64,000 nt of DNA from an uncultured virus (IMG/VR IMGVR_UViG_3300013845_000001) (IMGVR_UViG_3300013845_000001:62001-126000); one strand, 5' to 3'; counted from the first letter of the stretch, positions 29,043 to 40,402 are shown. Made by a program: numbers and translations. Notes: generated by a model from the letters alone, not told the origin.

Positions 29043-30878
29043 ATGGAGATATACGTACCTGTTTCAGACCGCGAGTTAAGTCAGCGTAAAATCGAAGAAT
29101 ATTCAAAAATGGCAAAAATTGTTCAGTGGGGACGGCAAAACCCAGTTAAATTTTGTCAGACAGTATATGGACTTCAGCTTATAGATTATCAAAGCTATTG
29201 TTTTATGAAGACGTGGACTGCTCAATATGCTTTATGGGCAGAATGTCGTGGAGCTGGAAAGGACACTCTTGCGGCTGCTTATTATATGACAAGGCTTGCT
29301 TTAATTCCCGACTACAATTTATATATCAGTTCAAATACATACGCTCAGTCTGTTGAGTCATTTTCTAAATTGCGTGACATTGCCTTAAAAAGAATACCTT
29401 CTTTCAAAAGTGCTACTGATATATTCGCAAGAGAAGTTGATAAAAATGGTAGTAATAGCGAAACTGGCTTTTTACAAGCTCCAACTTGTAAATTTAGATT
29501 ATATAACAATTCGAAGATGGAAGCCCTATCTTCTAATCTTGAAGCCATTCGTGGTAAGCGTGGAGCCGTTTGGTTTAATGAAACCGCATGGAAAACTGCT
29601 GAAGAATTGGCTGTTGTAGAAAACTTTGCCAATGTAGATTCCAGTTTTTCCACTTCTACTGAAAAGATTCAATATTATGAACCTCAACAAATGCCGTTGC
29701 AAATCTTATATACATCATCTGTTGGAGATGTAACTTACCCGTTCTTTGATAAATATAAAACATTTTTCAAAAAAATGGTAGTGGGTAATAGTAATTATTT
29801 TTGCTTTGACATAGACGCATACGATGTTTTAAACCACTCTTCAATCAATGGAAAACCTATCAAATCGCATCTTACAGAAGACAAGATAATGAAGGATATT
29901 GAAGAAGATCCTGATAACGCCGATGTTGAATTATTTAACAAATTCAGAAAAGGTGGAGGTCAAAATGCTGTTGTAACAATGGACGAACTTATTAGAAACT
30001 CCGTTGTAAGAAAGCCTCTTCTCTATAATGACACAGGTAAGAAGAAATTTATTTTTTGTTATGATCCAGCTAGAAACTTCGACGGTAGTGTTCTTAGTAT
30101 TTTTGAAGTAATTGATGATAAAGAAGTTGGGTATAAATTGAAGCTTGTCAATGTCGTTTCGATGGTTGACAGAAACACCAAAAATAAAACCCCTCTGCCA
30201 ATGCCGCAACAATTAGAAATAATTAAAGATTTGATGATTAAGTATAACGGAGGACGCTCCGCAGAATGGGAAAATATAGAGTTTTATATTGATAGCGGAA
30301 GTGGCGGCGGAGGAATATCCGCTGTCGGGGATCAATTGATGGATGATTGGATTGATGGGTTGGGTAATAAACATCGCGGTATCATAGACCCAGATCACAA
30401 ACAATATGAAACGGCCAGAAAGAAATATACAAATGCAATGCCTATTGTTCATTTGATAGACCCACAGGGATATAAGAAAATTATGTACGATGCTGTATCA
30501 AAGATGGTAAAACTAAATCTAATTGAATTTGCTGATTATGATAACAAAGAGTATATCATGATGGAAAATAAAGACGGCGGATTCGATTCGATTGAACTAA
30601 CAACAGAAGAAATTGTCGCTTTGGCAAATATGAATACTGCAAAAATGCAATTATCTTATATGTGTAGATATGATACCCCAAACGGAGGTGTTCAGTACGA
30701 ATTATCAAAAGATAAAAAAGGTATGCATGATGATGCAGCTTATACTATGGCTATGGGGGCTTATGCTTTAGCTTTATTAAGACGTACTGATTTAATAAGT
30801 ATCCCTACGTTTTCATTCAATGCCCAGTCATACGCTCAATCCCTGTCTAGGTTAAACAAAAAACCAAAAATCTATTAA
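29043..30878 (+). CDS. Terminase large subunit (YonF-like)
   Basis: CRGAGKD Walker A, IRGKR..WFNE, YTSS, nuclease motifs YDPAR and MHDD. Confidence 0.92.
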   Translation: MEIYVPVSDRELSQRKIEEYSKMAKIVQWGRQNPVKFCQTVYGLQLIDYQSYCFMKTWTAQYALWAECRGAGKDTLAAAYYMTRLALIPDYNLYISSNTYAQSVESFSKLRDIALKRIPSFKSATDIFAREVDKNGSNSETGFLQAPTCKFRLYNNSKMEALSSNLEAIRGKRGAVWFNETAWKTAEELAVVENFANVDSSFSTSTEKIQYYEPQQMPLQILYTSSVGDVTYPFFDKYKTFFKKMVVGNSNYFCFDIDAYDVLNHSSINGKPIKSHLTEDKIMKDIEEDPDNADVELFNKFRKGGGQNAVVTMDELIRNSVVRKPLLYNDTGKKKFIFCYDPARNFDGSVLSIFEVIDDKEVGYKLKLVNVVSMVDRNTKNKTPLPMPQQLEIIKDLMIKYNGGRSAEWENIEFYIDSGSGGGGISAVGDQLMDDWIDGLGNKHRGIIDPDHKQYETARKKYTNAMPIVHLIDPQGYKKIMYDAVSKMVKLNLIEFADYDNKEYIMMENKDGGFDSIELTTEEIVALANMNTAKMQLSYMCRYDTPNGGVQYELSKDKKGMHDDAAYTMAMGAYALALLRRTDLISIPTFSFNAQSYAQSLSRLNKKPKIY

Positions 30879-30899
30879 TAAAGGAGGTGATTCACAAAT

Positions 30900-32459
30900 A
30901 TGCCAAGACCAAAAGGCTCGAAAAACAAGCCAAAGAATTTTACTACGCCACTCCCCTCTTCTACTATTAATTCACAACAAATCTATGAACGGGACGAATC
31001 AAATTTCAATAAATCTATGAATGGGGACAAGCCTGTTGATTGGTCTGGATTTAAGCGTCTCATGATAAATGATTTGTATTTGAACAATATAATAGAGACA
31101 TATCGCTGCGGAAATTATTCTTTAGATGATATTAATTTGGCTTTAGAACATCCACATTCATCGTCTCAAATTTTATTATCTACAAGTGATTTTCTTATGC
31201 GTATTTCGCCTCATTATAATAGATTAAATACATATTACAGTAACATGGCTCTTTTTGATTGGGGAATTGATTTATATGATGTAAAAGAAAGCTATAACTT
31301 GGATACGTTAAAAAAGAGTTATTTTGCTTTAGCGGCGCAACTTGAAAAAATGAGTTTGAAACATGAATTCTCCAAGATTATGAAAGTTCTACCTTATCAA
31401 GATGTTTTTTATGGAGTTATTTTAGAGAATTCTACTGACTTTTTTATTCAGCAATTGGATAACCGTCATTGTAAATTAAGACAGGTTCAGGATGGATTAT
31501 ACAATTTCAAATTTGATTTATCAAGTATTAATCCTCTAAATATAGGTGCTTATCCAGATTATATTCAGCAAGCTTATATTGACTATCGTAATGGAGATAT
31601 TATTAATTGGTATATCCCACCTTCAGACAAGCAGATATGTATAAAATTAAATAGTCATCTAACATATCCGTATCCGTTACTAATTTCTATAGTAAGGGAT
31701 ATTTTTGATTTGGACACTTATAAAAAATTAAAATTACAATCAGCTAGAACAGATAATTATAAAGCAATTTTAGTTCAGGTTCCAATAGATGAAAGCACCG
31801 TTGATAAGCCATTATTGACACCTGATACTCTGGCTGTTTTTGCAGAATTGAATAAAGAAAGCATGTCTGATGATATTGGATTAATCCATACTTTAGGTTC
31901 ACAAGCAGAAGCTATTAGTTTTAAAGATTCGAGCAATACTCGAAATAATGTCGCTGATGCTACTACTGATACCTATAACTCTGCTGGTGTTTCAAATGAA
32001 ATGTTTAATGGTTCATCTAGTGGTACGGCGTTGGGGTATTCAATAGAAAATGATTCTGGATTAATATACGGCATTTACCGTCAGTTTGAACGCTGGATAA
32101 ATAGATATATCAAATTAAACAAGCACAATAAATTGAATTATAAGTTTTCATTCTTTTTGCTTGATATTACTATATACAACCGAAAAGAGGTTATAGATCG
32201 ATATCAGTCTAGTTGTTCATTTGGCGCACCCGTTATACCAAAATGGCTTGCTGCACTGGATATGACACCTTCTAAGATTGATGGTTCTTTTATTTTACAG
32301 CAAAAGATATTTGACTTCCAAAATAATTTGATACCACTTTCATCTTCTTACACTCAAAGTAAAGACAGCGGTGGTAGACCTACAAACGCTTCAAAAGGTG
32401 AACCATTAGATACCGCTGGCGAACAAACAGAAAATAGTGATGGGAATGCAAAAAGATAA
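30900..32459 (+). CDS. Portal protein (YonE-like)
   Basis: Follows terminase, 519 aa, C-terminal PLSSSYTQS..GGRP. Confidence 0.85.
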   Translation: MPRPKGSKNKPKNFTTPLPSSTINSQQIYERDESNFNKSMNGDKPVDWSGFKRLMINDLYLNNIIETYRCGNYSLDDINLALEHPHSSSQILLSTSDFLMRISPHYNRLNTYYSNMALFDWGIDLYDVKESYNLDTLKKSYFALAAQLEKMSLKHEFSKIMKVLPYQDVFYGVILENSTDFFIQQLDNRHCKLRQVQDGLYNFKFDLSSINPLNIGAYPDYIQQAYIDYRNGDIINWYIPPSDKQICIKLNSHLTYPYPLLISIVRDIFDLDTYKKLKLQSARTDNYKAILVQVPIDESTVDKPLLTPDTLAVFAELNKESMSDDIGLIHTLGSQAEAISFKDSSNTRNNVADATTDTYNSAGVSNEMFNGSSSGTALGYSIENDSGLIYGIYRQFERWINRYIKLNKHNKLNYKFSFFLLDITIYNRKEVIDRYQSSCSFGAPVIPKWLAALDMTPSKIDGSFILQQKIFDFQNNLIPLSSSYTQSKDSGGRPTNASKGEPLDTAGEQTENSDGNAKR

Positions 32460-32480
32460 CGAAAGGTGGTGATAGACAAA

Positions 32481-33947
32481 ATGGATATTAAAAAACTAGA
32501 CAATTATTCTGTTCCTGTTATGTTCCAAAAACTAAATGAGATGGATACATCTGATGGGAGATTTACTAAAGTAAGAATCTGGATGATGCATCTACAAGAT
32601 AATTATAACGGATCAATTTTTGAACGCCCCGTCGTTGACAACGCAATCCCATCAATTGAGTACATCCCGATCGTCGGTTTTATAGAGAAAAATTCTTTGG
32701 GTGAAGATGACTTTAGTGATCACAGATACATAATCACGAAAAAAGATGGAAACGTTGAAAAAAAATATGCCGGTTCAGCGTATGGCGTCATATTAAGTTC
32801 CGAAGATAATAACGCACATTATGAAGATAGACTATGTGACGATGGCATAACGCGTACATTTTTAGTCGTAGATGGAATTATTTGGAACATGTTTGATAAA
32901 AGTTCAGAAATTATCAATAGGGATTTGGTTAAATCTCATTCAATGGAATTATGGGATTCTATTGAAGGGTGGGAAGACGAAAATAATCTATTCCACTTTA
33001 CCAAGTTTTCATTTAGAGCAGCTTGTATATTGGGCAATGACCAAGAACCAGGTATGCACAATTCCACAATTGAAGTCCAGTTTACAATGAGTGATTTTGT
33101 AAAAAGCATTCAAAGTGAATTGTCAAATAAATTAAAGACTTACACAGATTATGTTAAACAAAACAATAATAAAGGAGGTACACAAATGGCAAAACCAGAA
33201 GAAACAAAAACTGATTTCTCTTTAACTGCAATGCAACAGTTTAGTGAAATAGATAATATAGTTTCTGCACATGAACAGTATCGAGATCGTTGGGGCGACT
33301 TAAGGGTAAGATATTCTGCTGTAGACTTACAGAATGATGAAGTAATTTGTATTGATAGGGCAGAAAATTATACTTATTTCGGCTTCAAATTTGCAATGAA
33401 TGGAGATAAGCCGACTGTAGATTTTGCAACTAAAACAAGAAAGAAAATTGAATACACAAATTTTGAAGAAGGCACTCAGGTAATTGAAAGTGCTTTTTCT
33501 TTTGCAAATGAAGTGGAAGATTTCTGTAAAACCGCTGATAAAAAGATTGGTGAGTTGACAACCGAGAAAGAAACCGCCGAAACAAACTACTCTTCTATTA
33601 AATCAGAGTATGACGAAATCAAACCGAAATATGAAGATTTTGTTAAAGAAAAAGCTGAAAATGAAAAGAAAGCTGTTGAACTTAAAAAAGATGAGTGTTT
33701 TGCGAAATTTGATGAACATTTAAGTACAGTAGATGAATATACCGCACTTAAAAATGAGAAAGATAATTTATCTTTGGATCAGATTGAGGCAAAATGTGCA
33801 ATTTTATTTACACAAAAATCTTTAAGTACAAATTTTACAAAGAAACAGAAAAACAATGACACTTTAACCGCTGATATTGTTGATTATTCATCTAATGATG
33901 AGGGAGTCGTTCAGACAAAATATGGCGCAATTAAAGTAAGCAAATAA
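32481..33947 (+). CDS. Prohead protease/scaffold (YonD-like)
   Basis: HSMEL, ACILG..EPGM; C-terminal coiled coil; position. Confidence 0.75.
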   Translation: MDIKKLDNYSVPVMFQKLNEMDTSDGRFTKVRIWMMHLQDNYNGSIFERPVVDNAIPSIEYIPIVGFIEKNSLGEDDFSDHRYIITKKDGNVEKKYAGSAYGVILSSEDNNAHYEDRLCDDGITRTFLVVDGIIWNMFDKSSEIINRDLVKSHSMELWDSIEGWEDENNLFHFTKFSFRAACILGNDQEPGMHNSTIEVQFTMSDFVKSIQSELSNKLKTYTDYVKQNNNKGGTQMAKPEETKTDFSLTAMQQFSEIDNIVSAHEQYRDRWGDLRVRYSAVDLQNDEVICIDRAENYTYFGFKFAMNGDKPTVDFATKTRKKIEYTNFEEGTQVIESAFSFANEVEDFCKTADKKIGELTTEKETAETNYSSIKSEYDEIKPKYEDFVKEKAENEKKAVELKKDECFAKFDEHLSTVDEYTALKNEKDNLSLDQIEAKCAILFTQKSLSTNFTKKQKNNDTLTADIVDYSSNDEGVVQTKYGAIKVSK

Positions 33948-33966
33948 TTAAGGAGGATATTGAACT

Positions 33967-34512
33967 ATGGCTATTTATGGAGTATATGAGTCAGTAAATC
34001 AGAAGAGTACTCGTGGTGCAGAAAGAATATTTGATTGTGTAGCAAGTACAGATATTGAAAACGGTACATTTGGATATTTAAATGGTTTAGCAACGGGAGA
34101 AAGTGTTGTTTATAATTTTGCAGTCGGTACGTCCGATGGAAAGGAAATTGTTGTTGTAGATCAGCCAGCTTGGACGGCAGATACTACATACAAGTCCAAT
34201 CAGAGAAAAGATAAATTTATTATTCCGGCTGGAACAAAATTCAGAGTCAGAGTTATCGCTGATAATGATGAATTTGCAGTAAATACAGCATGTGTTACTA
34301 CTGCTTCTGTAGCTAATTTTGCGGTTGATGCATTTGTAACAATTGACGCTACCACTGGAAAATTAGTAGCTTCTGCTACTACAACAGCAGATGTTGCATT
34401 TGAGGGAACTGTAATAAGAAAACGTGTACAGGGCGCAACACTCGTAACTGCCGCAAATACATATGGATATTCAAGAGATATGTATGAGATTAAAGTTACG
34501 ACACTGGCTTAA
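33967..34512 (+). CDS. Head decoration or minor capsid protein (YonC-like)
   Basis: DIENG motif; lies between scaffold and major capsid. Confidence 0.7.
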   Translation: MAIYGVYESVNQKSTRGAERIFDCVASTDIENGTFGYLNGLATGESVVYNFAVGTSDGKEIVVVDQPAWTADTTYKSNQRKDKFIIPAGTKFRVRVIADNDEFAVNTACVTTASVANFAVDAFVTIDATTGKLVASATTTADVAFEGTVIRKRVQGATLVTAANTYGYSRDMYEIKVTTLA

Positions 34513-34542
34513 TTTCAATTATTAAAGGAGGGATATTTAATT

Positions 34543-35583
34543 ATGAATAGAAATAAATTAACTTTTTCTAAAGAAGAAACAAAGATTTATGATTTAACTC
34601 TTGATCTAGCAAGGGGTGATTATACACAGAATATTGATTCTGAAAAGCTGTCTAGGGTAGACTTAGAAAATTATCTTAGAGATAAGATTAATAAAGATAT
34701 GCTTCAGGGTAAAAGCCTGTATCAGGCATACAGAAGAAATAATCTTGTGCTTTTTGAAATCATGGAAGAAATCACAAATATTACCATTGGTGAGAATGTG
34801 TTAAATTCTCCTTTCATTGATGCATTTGTTGAAGTTAAAAATAGAGCACTTAATGATATGACAGCCTTTTATTCTGAAGGTGGATTATTGTCTGTGGCAA
34901 GTTTTGCAGGTAATCACTGGGATACAAATCGTCAGGCTATTGATGTAGGAGCTGAGATTACACTTCCTTCCGAATGGATTTATATTCATGTTTATGAGGA
35001 TTTGGAAAGATTCTTACTTGGCATCACTGGTCTTGAAAAGATTATGGACAAGATTTATAAATCTACTAATAAGTATATTCAGGATAGATTATATGCACAG
35101 TTCCAGAATGTTGCAAACTCTGTTCCTGATGAATTTTCTAAGTCTGGAAACGATGAATCAGCACTTGGTTCTCTTGTAGATTTAGTACAGGGTGCTGGTG
35201 GATATAGCTCTATGACATTAGCCGGTACTAAGGGGGCGTTAAGGAAACTTGCAAATGCCGTTCCTGATAAGATGTTTGCAGATTCTCAGAAACAGGCAAA
35301 AGCAGCAACTGGATCAATCGGTGACTGGGAAGGTAATACTCTGATGGTTATTCCTCAGACATTGAAATCAGGAACTTTTGAATTAGCTCTTGATGATTCA
35401 AAGGTATTTGTTATGGGCGGAGACGTAAAGCCAATTAAGCTTGAATTTATTGGTGATACCAGATCTGATATGGACACAACTGGTAAAAAGAACAACGACC
35501 AGAGTGTAGATATTCAGATTCAGACAAAATTAGGAATGGGGTTACTGCTTCCTCCTTATTTTGGTGTATTTACTTTTGCCTAA
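34543..35583 (+). CDS. Major capsid protein (YonB-like)
   Basis: 346 aa, strong SD, synteny. Confidence 0.8.
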   Translation: MNRNKLTFSKEETKIYDLTLDLARGDYTQNIDSEKLSRVDLENYLRDKINKDMLQGKSLYQAYRRNNLVLFEIMEEITNITIGENVLNSPFIDAFVEVKNRALNDMTAFYSEGGLLSVASFAGNHWDTNRQAIDVGAEITLPSEWIYIHVYEDLERFLLGITGLEKIMDKIYKSTNKYIQDRLYAQFQNVANSVPDEFSKSGNDESALGSLVDLVQGAGGYSSMTLAGTKGALRKLANAVPDKMFADSQKQAKAATGSIGDWEGNTLMVIPQTLKSGTFELALDDSKVFVMGGDVKPIKLEFIGDTRSDMDTTGKKNNDQSVDIQIQTKLGMGLLLPPYFGVFTFA

Positions 35584-35618
35584 TGCATAAAAAATAATAT
35601 AAGAGGTGGTTAGAAAAT

Positions 35619-36182
35619 ATGGCTAATACTAGCAAAAAGACTACAACCACAACAACCGAAGACACTATTGTAGAGGAATCTACAGTGGTGTCTTCTGACG
35701 TAGTTGTGGAAAAGAAAACAGTTGATACTAAAACACTAAAAGATGATGATGATATTATTGTCGTATCATTGATTCCTCATGTTTCATACAAAGATTCTAA
35801 GAACAATGATTTTTATGAATGGGATACAGTTGGCCACGAAGAAGTCATGACATATTCTGCTTTAAAGGATATGAATAGAAATTATAAATCATACTTTAAG
35901 GATTTATGGTTGGAGCCAAAAGATGATAGAGTTGTCAAAGCGTTTGGATTGGTTTCTGTTTATAAAAATTATGCAGATTTAATGGATGGCTCAATTTACA
36001 CTATCGAAAATATGTCAGATATCAAAGAAAAATTTGACGCGTTACCTCCAAGGGGAGTTAAGAATACTATCGTAACAAAAATTAAGAACATGGTAGTTAG
36101 CGGAGATATTTCCGATGTTAAGGTAGTTAAAAGTTTGGAAAGGCTGTTGAATATAGATTTATTTGATTTGCTTGATTTATAG
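35619..36182 (+). CDS. Phage protein (YonA-like)
   Basis: Position after the major capsid gene. Confidence 0.65.
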   Translation: MANTSKKTTTTTTEDTIVEESTVVSSDVVVEKKTVDTKTLKDDDDIIVVSLIPHVSYKDSKNNDFYEWDTVGHEEVMTYSALKDMNRNYKSYFKDLWLEPKDDRVVKAFGLVSVYKNYADLMDGSIYTIENMSDIKEKFDALPPRGVKNTIVTKIKNMVVSGDISDVKVVKSLERLLNIDLFDLLDL

Positions 36183-36193
36183 GAGGTGCTCTT

Positions 36194-36610
36194 ATGGCAA
36201 CTCTATATACAGTAATTTATGACAGTGTGCTACCAAAGCTAAAAGATTTTGATATTCCTTTAATGGAAGAAAATGAAGTATATGAAATGTTGCATGAACA
36301 TTTAAGACCTGCAATTGTTGCTTTTCACACGTGTAAAAAAGATTTATCAAGTAAAAATGAAGCAGAAGGTAAATTCAACGATGATTTAGATGATATGGAA
36401 ATAGAAATATTATCCAATTACTTGCTTTTATCTTTTATAGATTCAAACTATATTAGAGTTCCTACAGTTCTAAAGGCAAGTCTTTCCTCTAAAGATTTTA
36501 ACGCATTTTCTCCCGCAAATTTTTTAGACAAGTTAATGTTAATGCATAATACATATCTCAAAGAAAATGAAACATTATTGTCAAGATATTCATGGAGAAA
36601 GCAAAAATAA
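36194..36610 (+). CDS. Head-tail adaptor
   Basis: FNDDLDDMEIEIL..DFNAFSPAN; synteny. Confidence 0.65.
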   Translation: MATLYTVIYDSVLPKLKDFDIPLMEENEVYEMLHEHLRPAIVAFHTCKKDLSSKNEAEGKFNDDLDDMEIEILSNYLLLSFIDSNYIRVPTVLKASLSSKDFNAFSPANFLDKLMLMHNTYLKENETLLSRYSWRKQK

Positions 36611-36634
36611 TATAAAGAATGGAGGTGTGGATAA

Positions 36635-37645
36635 TTGAGCGCTTTAGAAAATTTTAAGAAAAGAGTGCTAAATTCTAGCGGTTTAACTATGAGAGATGAA
36701 AATATTAAAAACAGTAAAATATTATTACAGTCTACATTTTACGATGATCCATCATTTAACCCACACATATCATTTTGGGAATCTGACGATAAACTAGACT
36801 GTAGAATATTTAGCAGAAAAAAAAGTTCAAACTTAGTTATATCTACTATTCAAACATTATTAGATAGCAATCTTTCGGTAGGTAATATTATATTTGATAG
36901 CAATACTAAAGAATATTGGTTGTGTACAAATCTATTTAATATTGGTGAAATACATAAACAGGGAGAACTTACATTATGTAATTATACTCTCTTATTCCAA
37001 TCACCAGAAGGGGCTATACTCTCATATCCTTGTGTTGACAATTCGAATAACACAACGGGAACTGATGAAGATACGACTCTCACAACATTAAATGGTGTAC
37101 ATCGTATCAAGCTTCCATTTGATGAGAACACAAAATTAATCAGAGAAGATCGAAGATTCTTTTTGGACAAATATGGCAACACCACATATGCAGTCACAAA
37201 TGTAAACAACACTACCTTTAATTACGGAAACAAAGGGTTAATTGAATTAACGTTACAACAAGATAGCTCTTATAATCGTGAGACCGATAAAAATGGCGTG
37301 TGCAATTATTTTGAACCAGCTACCGCCCCACCTAATCCAGATCCACCCGATGAAACAGCGAATTTATTTGCAAATATCAGCGGAAATACCAACTTAAAGG
37401 TCGGATATTCGAGAAGTTACTTGGTTAATTTTACAGACAAAGATGGAGCTGCCGTTGAGGACGTTGATTTCGAATGGAATGTGGAGGGTGACTTTGCTGA
37501 TAAGGTGAAAAAGACTGTTTCTGGGAATACAATTAAATTGCAAGTGGATGATGATTCTCTAATTGGGAGTCATTTTTTGTTGGAAATTTGGGTAGAGGGC
37601 AAAAAAATTGGTGAAATTGATATTACTATTGTAGAAAGTTTTTAG
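36635..37645 (+). CDS. Head-closure/neck protein with C-terminal Ig-like domain
   Basis: Synteny; Pro-rich linker then beta-rich domain. Confidence 0.6.
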   Translation: MSALENFKKRVLNSSGLTMRDENIKNSKILLQSTFYDDPSFNPHISFWESDDKLDCRIFSRKKSSNLVISTIQTLLDSNLSVGNIIFDSNTKEYWLCTNLFNIGEIHKQGELTLCNYTLLFQSPEGAILSYPCVDNSNNTTGTDEDTTLTTLNGVHRIKLPFDENTKLIREDRRFFLDKYGNTTYAVTNVNNTTFNYGNKGLIELTLQQDSSYNRETDKNGVCNYFEPATAPPNPDPPDETANLFANISGNTNLKVGYSRSYLVNFTDKDGAAVEDVDFEWNVEGDFADKVKKTVSGNTIKLQVDDDSLIGSHFLLEIWVEGKKIGEIDITIVESF

Positions 37646-37657
37646 GGAGGTGAAATC

Positions 37658-38149
37658 ATAGGTAAGGCAAGAAGCTATGAAATAATTGAGTATCGTAAAT
37701 TGATTATGGATCAAATTTGTAGATCGAAAGAATTGGTGAAATTACTAGGCGTTGCCGATGAAGAATATCCGGAAGATGTTATCCCTTATAAATGGTCTTT
37801 TCCGCATGAGTATATACCTGAAACCATTACCAAAACTGATAGGTTTATTAATTTTGAGATAAGCGCCCTGATTGATCCAAAGAATGATGTATATAAGGAT
37901 TTGACTATATCCTTCTATGTAATTTGCCATCAAGATGCAATAAGATATAAAGAGAATGAAAGAACATATCTCTGGTACGATAAGGTGGTTTGTGAATTGG
38001 ATAACATATTTTCAGAAAAAAATATTTTAGGAGTTGGAACAACTACTTTGGTTAGCAACGTACCATATTGGCCACAACAAAAGTTTAAAGGTCGTTTAAT
38101 TAAATTCACTGTAAAAGACTTCAATAATGGGATTAAATATGGAAGATAA
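37658..38149 (+). CDS. Putative tail terminator/completion protein
   Basis: Synteny; probable ATA start 5 nt after GGAGGTG. Confidence 0.6.
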   Translation: MGKARSYEIIEYRKLIMDQICRSKELVKLLGVADEEYPEDVIPYKWSFPHEYIPETITKTDRFINFEISALIDPKNDVYKDLTISFYVICHQDAIRYKENERTYLWYDKVVCELDNIFSEKNILGVGTTTLVSNVPYWPQQKFKGRLIKFTVKDFNNGIKYGR

Positions 38150-38867
38150 AAAGAGTTTGTTAATATCTGACCATGTAAATATTACAGATAAAATAAAACT
38201 TCGCATTCCCAAAGTTGGAGAGATTCTCGAAGATGAACAGGCATATTATTCTACTATTTCATCTCTCACTGCGGTTCCATTTCAGTACATGGTACAGTTA
38301 GATGATATGGGGATTGATTATACCGAAATATCGAATTATGAGTTGTTTATGTCACTTTTTCCTATGTATGGTAAATCAGATTTGTCGATGCTGTTTTTCA
38401 ATATGAATACAAATGATTATGGTATTTATGTAGATCAAACCAACAATACAAATATTTTGTATAGTCCCACAAATGGAATGGATTATAAAATTGATGAATT
38501 CATATACCTTAAAATCGTAGAGGCGCTTAGAAAAATCAACGGTTTAGAAGAGGTTAAATCAAAACCAGGTAACGAAGAAGGAAAACGTTATTTACTAGAA
38601 AAAGAAAGAAAGAGACAGAAACGCAATGCCAACAAACCGTATAAATCATATCTTGAAAACTTGATAGTCGCATTGGTAAATAGACCAGAATTTAAATATA
38701 ACTATGAAAGCGTGATGGATTTATCAATACATAAATTCAATCAAAGTTTTAAGCAAATACAAAAAAGTATTACTTTTGATAAAACCATGATAGGTGTTTA
38801 TTCTGGAACAGTTGACACTTCGAAAATGACCGATAAGTCATGTTTATCGTGGATTGACAATAAGTAA
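38139..38867 (+). CDS. Phage protein (YomV-like), possible tail assembly factor
   Basis: Position before tail tube; GVYSGTVD C-terminus. Confidence 0.6.
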   Translation: MEDKKSLLISDHVNITDKIKLRIPKVGEILEDEQAYYSTISSLTAVPFQYMVQLDDMGIDYTEISNYELFMSLFPMYGKSDLSMLFFNMNTNDYGIYVDQTNNTNILYSPTNGMDYKIDEFIYLKIVEALRKINGLEEVKSKPGNEEGKRYLLEKERKRQKRNANKPYKSYLENLIVALVNRPEFKYNYESVMDLSIHKFNQSFKQIQKSITFDKTMIGVYSGTVDTSKMTDKSCLSWIDNK

Positions 38868-38920
38868 CAAAGATCCGTTTTGGCGGGTCTTATTTTTATA
38901 TAACTAAAGGAGGATTTAAA

Positions 38921-39694
38921 ATGGCAGATATTGATGTAAGTAAATTGAGCATTACTGAAATTGATCAGATTACATGTTTTAATAATGCTGGTGAACTTGA
39001 ATTTATCATGGATGAAATTCAGGAAGGAGCAATTAATAGTACTCAGGAAAAAGTAGACATCACCGGACGCGGAGGACGTAAGATTGGTTCTTTAAAAAAG
39101 AATAAAGCCGTTACAATTACTGCCACTAACGGTGTATTGGTAGGGGGTGCTCTAGCAGCTCAGACTGGTACAGCTATTGAACAGGGAAGTTTTAAGGTAA
39201 GAAAGACAGAAATCGCTACCGTTAGTTCTAATAAAGCGACACTGACGGGCACCCCAGTGGGAACTGCCGGTGCAGAAATTGGGTATGCTTATTTAAAGAA
39301 TGCAAGCGGCTCTCTCGGTAAGAAATTTGAACAGGATGCAACTGCTTCCGCTACGGGGAAATTTGCATATGATACAAAAGAAATTACATTTTTTGCTGGT
39401 GATGTTCCCGATGGAGCAGAGATCGTAGTTTTCTATGACGAAGAAGTGACTTCTGCAAAAATTTCCAATGATTCTGAGACTTATAGTAAGACTCTCAAAA
39501 TGTATGTTGACGTGACAGCAACCGATCCCTGTGATCAGTTATTCCACGGTCAGTTTATCATCAACAGAGCCGATTTCAGTGGAGAATTTAACCTTTCTAT
39601 GGGTGGCGATCCCACTGTTCACGCTATTGAAGCAGAATCTCTTGCTGGCGGTTGTTCTGGATCTACAAATTTATGGGACTTTATCGTCTATTAA
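38921..39694 (+). CDS. Major tail tube protein
   Basis: Gly/Ala/Thr-rich beta protein, strong SD, downstream hairpin. Confidence 0.7.
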   Translation: MADIDVSKLSITEIDQITCFNNAGELEFIMDEIQEGAINSTQEKVDITGRGGRKIGSLKKNKAVTITATNGVLVGGALAAQTGTAIEQGSFKVRKTEIATVSSNKATLTGTPVGTAGAEIGYAYLKNASGSLGKKFEQDATASATGKFAYDTKEITFFAGDVPDGAEIVVFYDEEVTSAKISNDSETYSKTLKMYVDVTATDPCDQLFHGQFIINRADFSGEFNLSMGGDPTVHAIEAESLAGGCSGSTNLWDFIVY

Positions 39695-39747
39695 TCCACG
39701 CCTAAGAGAGGGAACCCCTCTCTTATTATTGTAAAGAAGGGAGATTT

Positions 39748-39987
39748 ATGGCGTATAAAGTACAGAAACCATGTAAAATATGTGGAAATCTATATACTCC
39801 ATGTGGAGATTGTGAACGTGATAATGTCGCGTTTCATTGGAGAACTGTCGCCTGTTCGTACGAATGTGGTCAAAAATATTTGAAAAAAGTCATGACCGCC
39901 AGAGAACTCGACAAACCCAAAGAATTAAAGTCCAAGAAGAATAGTTCTAAAAACGAGAATAACAAGGAAAGCGAGCAGATTGAATAG
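39748..39987 (+). CDS. Small Zn-binding protein
   Basis: CKICG..PCGDC..ACSYECG. Confidence 0.7.
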   Translation: MAYKVQKPCKICGNLYTPCGDCERDNVAFHWRTVACSYECGQKYLKKVMTARELDKPKELKSKKNSSKNENNKESEQIE

Positions 39988-40065
39988 AGAGATGGGATGC
40001 ATAAAACTCTTTTAATCTGTGGATAGAGGTTTTATGCATCCCATTTTTTTACGACTAGTATAAAT

Positions 40066-40263
40066 ATGGAAAATAAAAGTAAGTGGGATAAAGAGTATGC
40101 AACTTCTTTCGTAAATGAGGTTGCTTTTTTAAAGTCCAAAGGTATTCGTTATACGTGGGTTTATACAAGCAATGAGGGAATCTCTATTTGGAAATACAGG
40201 AAGTGTAAATCTTTATGGGATGCGTTATCTGAAATGTACTCAGATAGAAAATACGAAAATTAG
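40066..40263 (+). CDS. Hypothetical protein
   Basis: 65-aa ORF. Confidence 0.6.
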   Translation: MENKSKWDKEYATSFVNEVAFLKSKGIRYTWVYTSNEGISIWKYRKCKSLWDALSEMYSDRKYEN

Positions 40264-40402
40264 TAACAGACATTATAGGTTGCTCAAGACAATGAGCGTA
40301 AAAGTAGATGAGATATACTTGTGACCACATGACACTCAGCATATGTAGGAATAGTCGAGAATCTACTACTCTCCTATTCTATCTCGAAATGGAGGAATTA
40401 TT

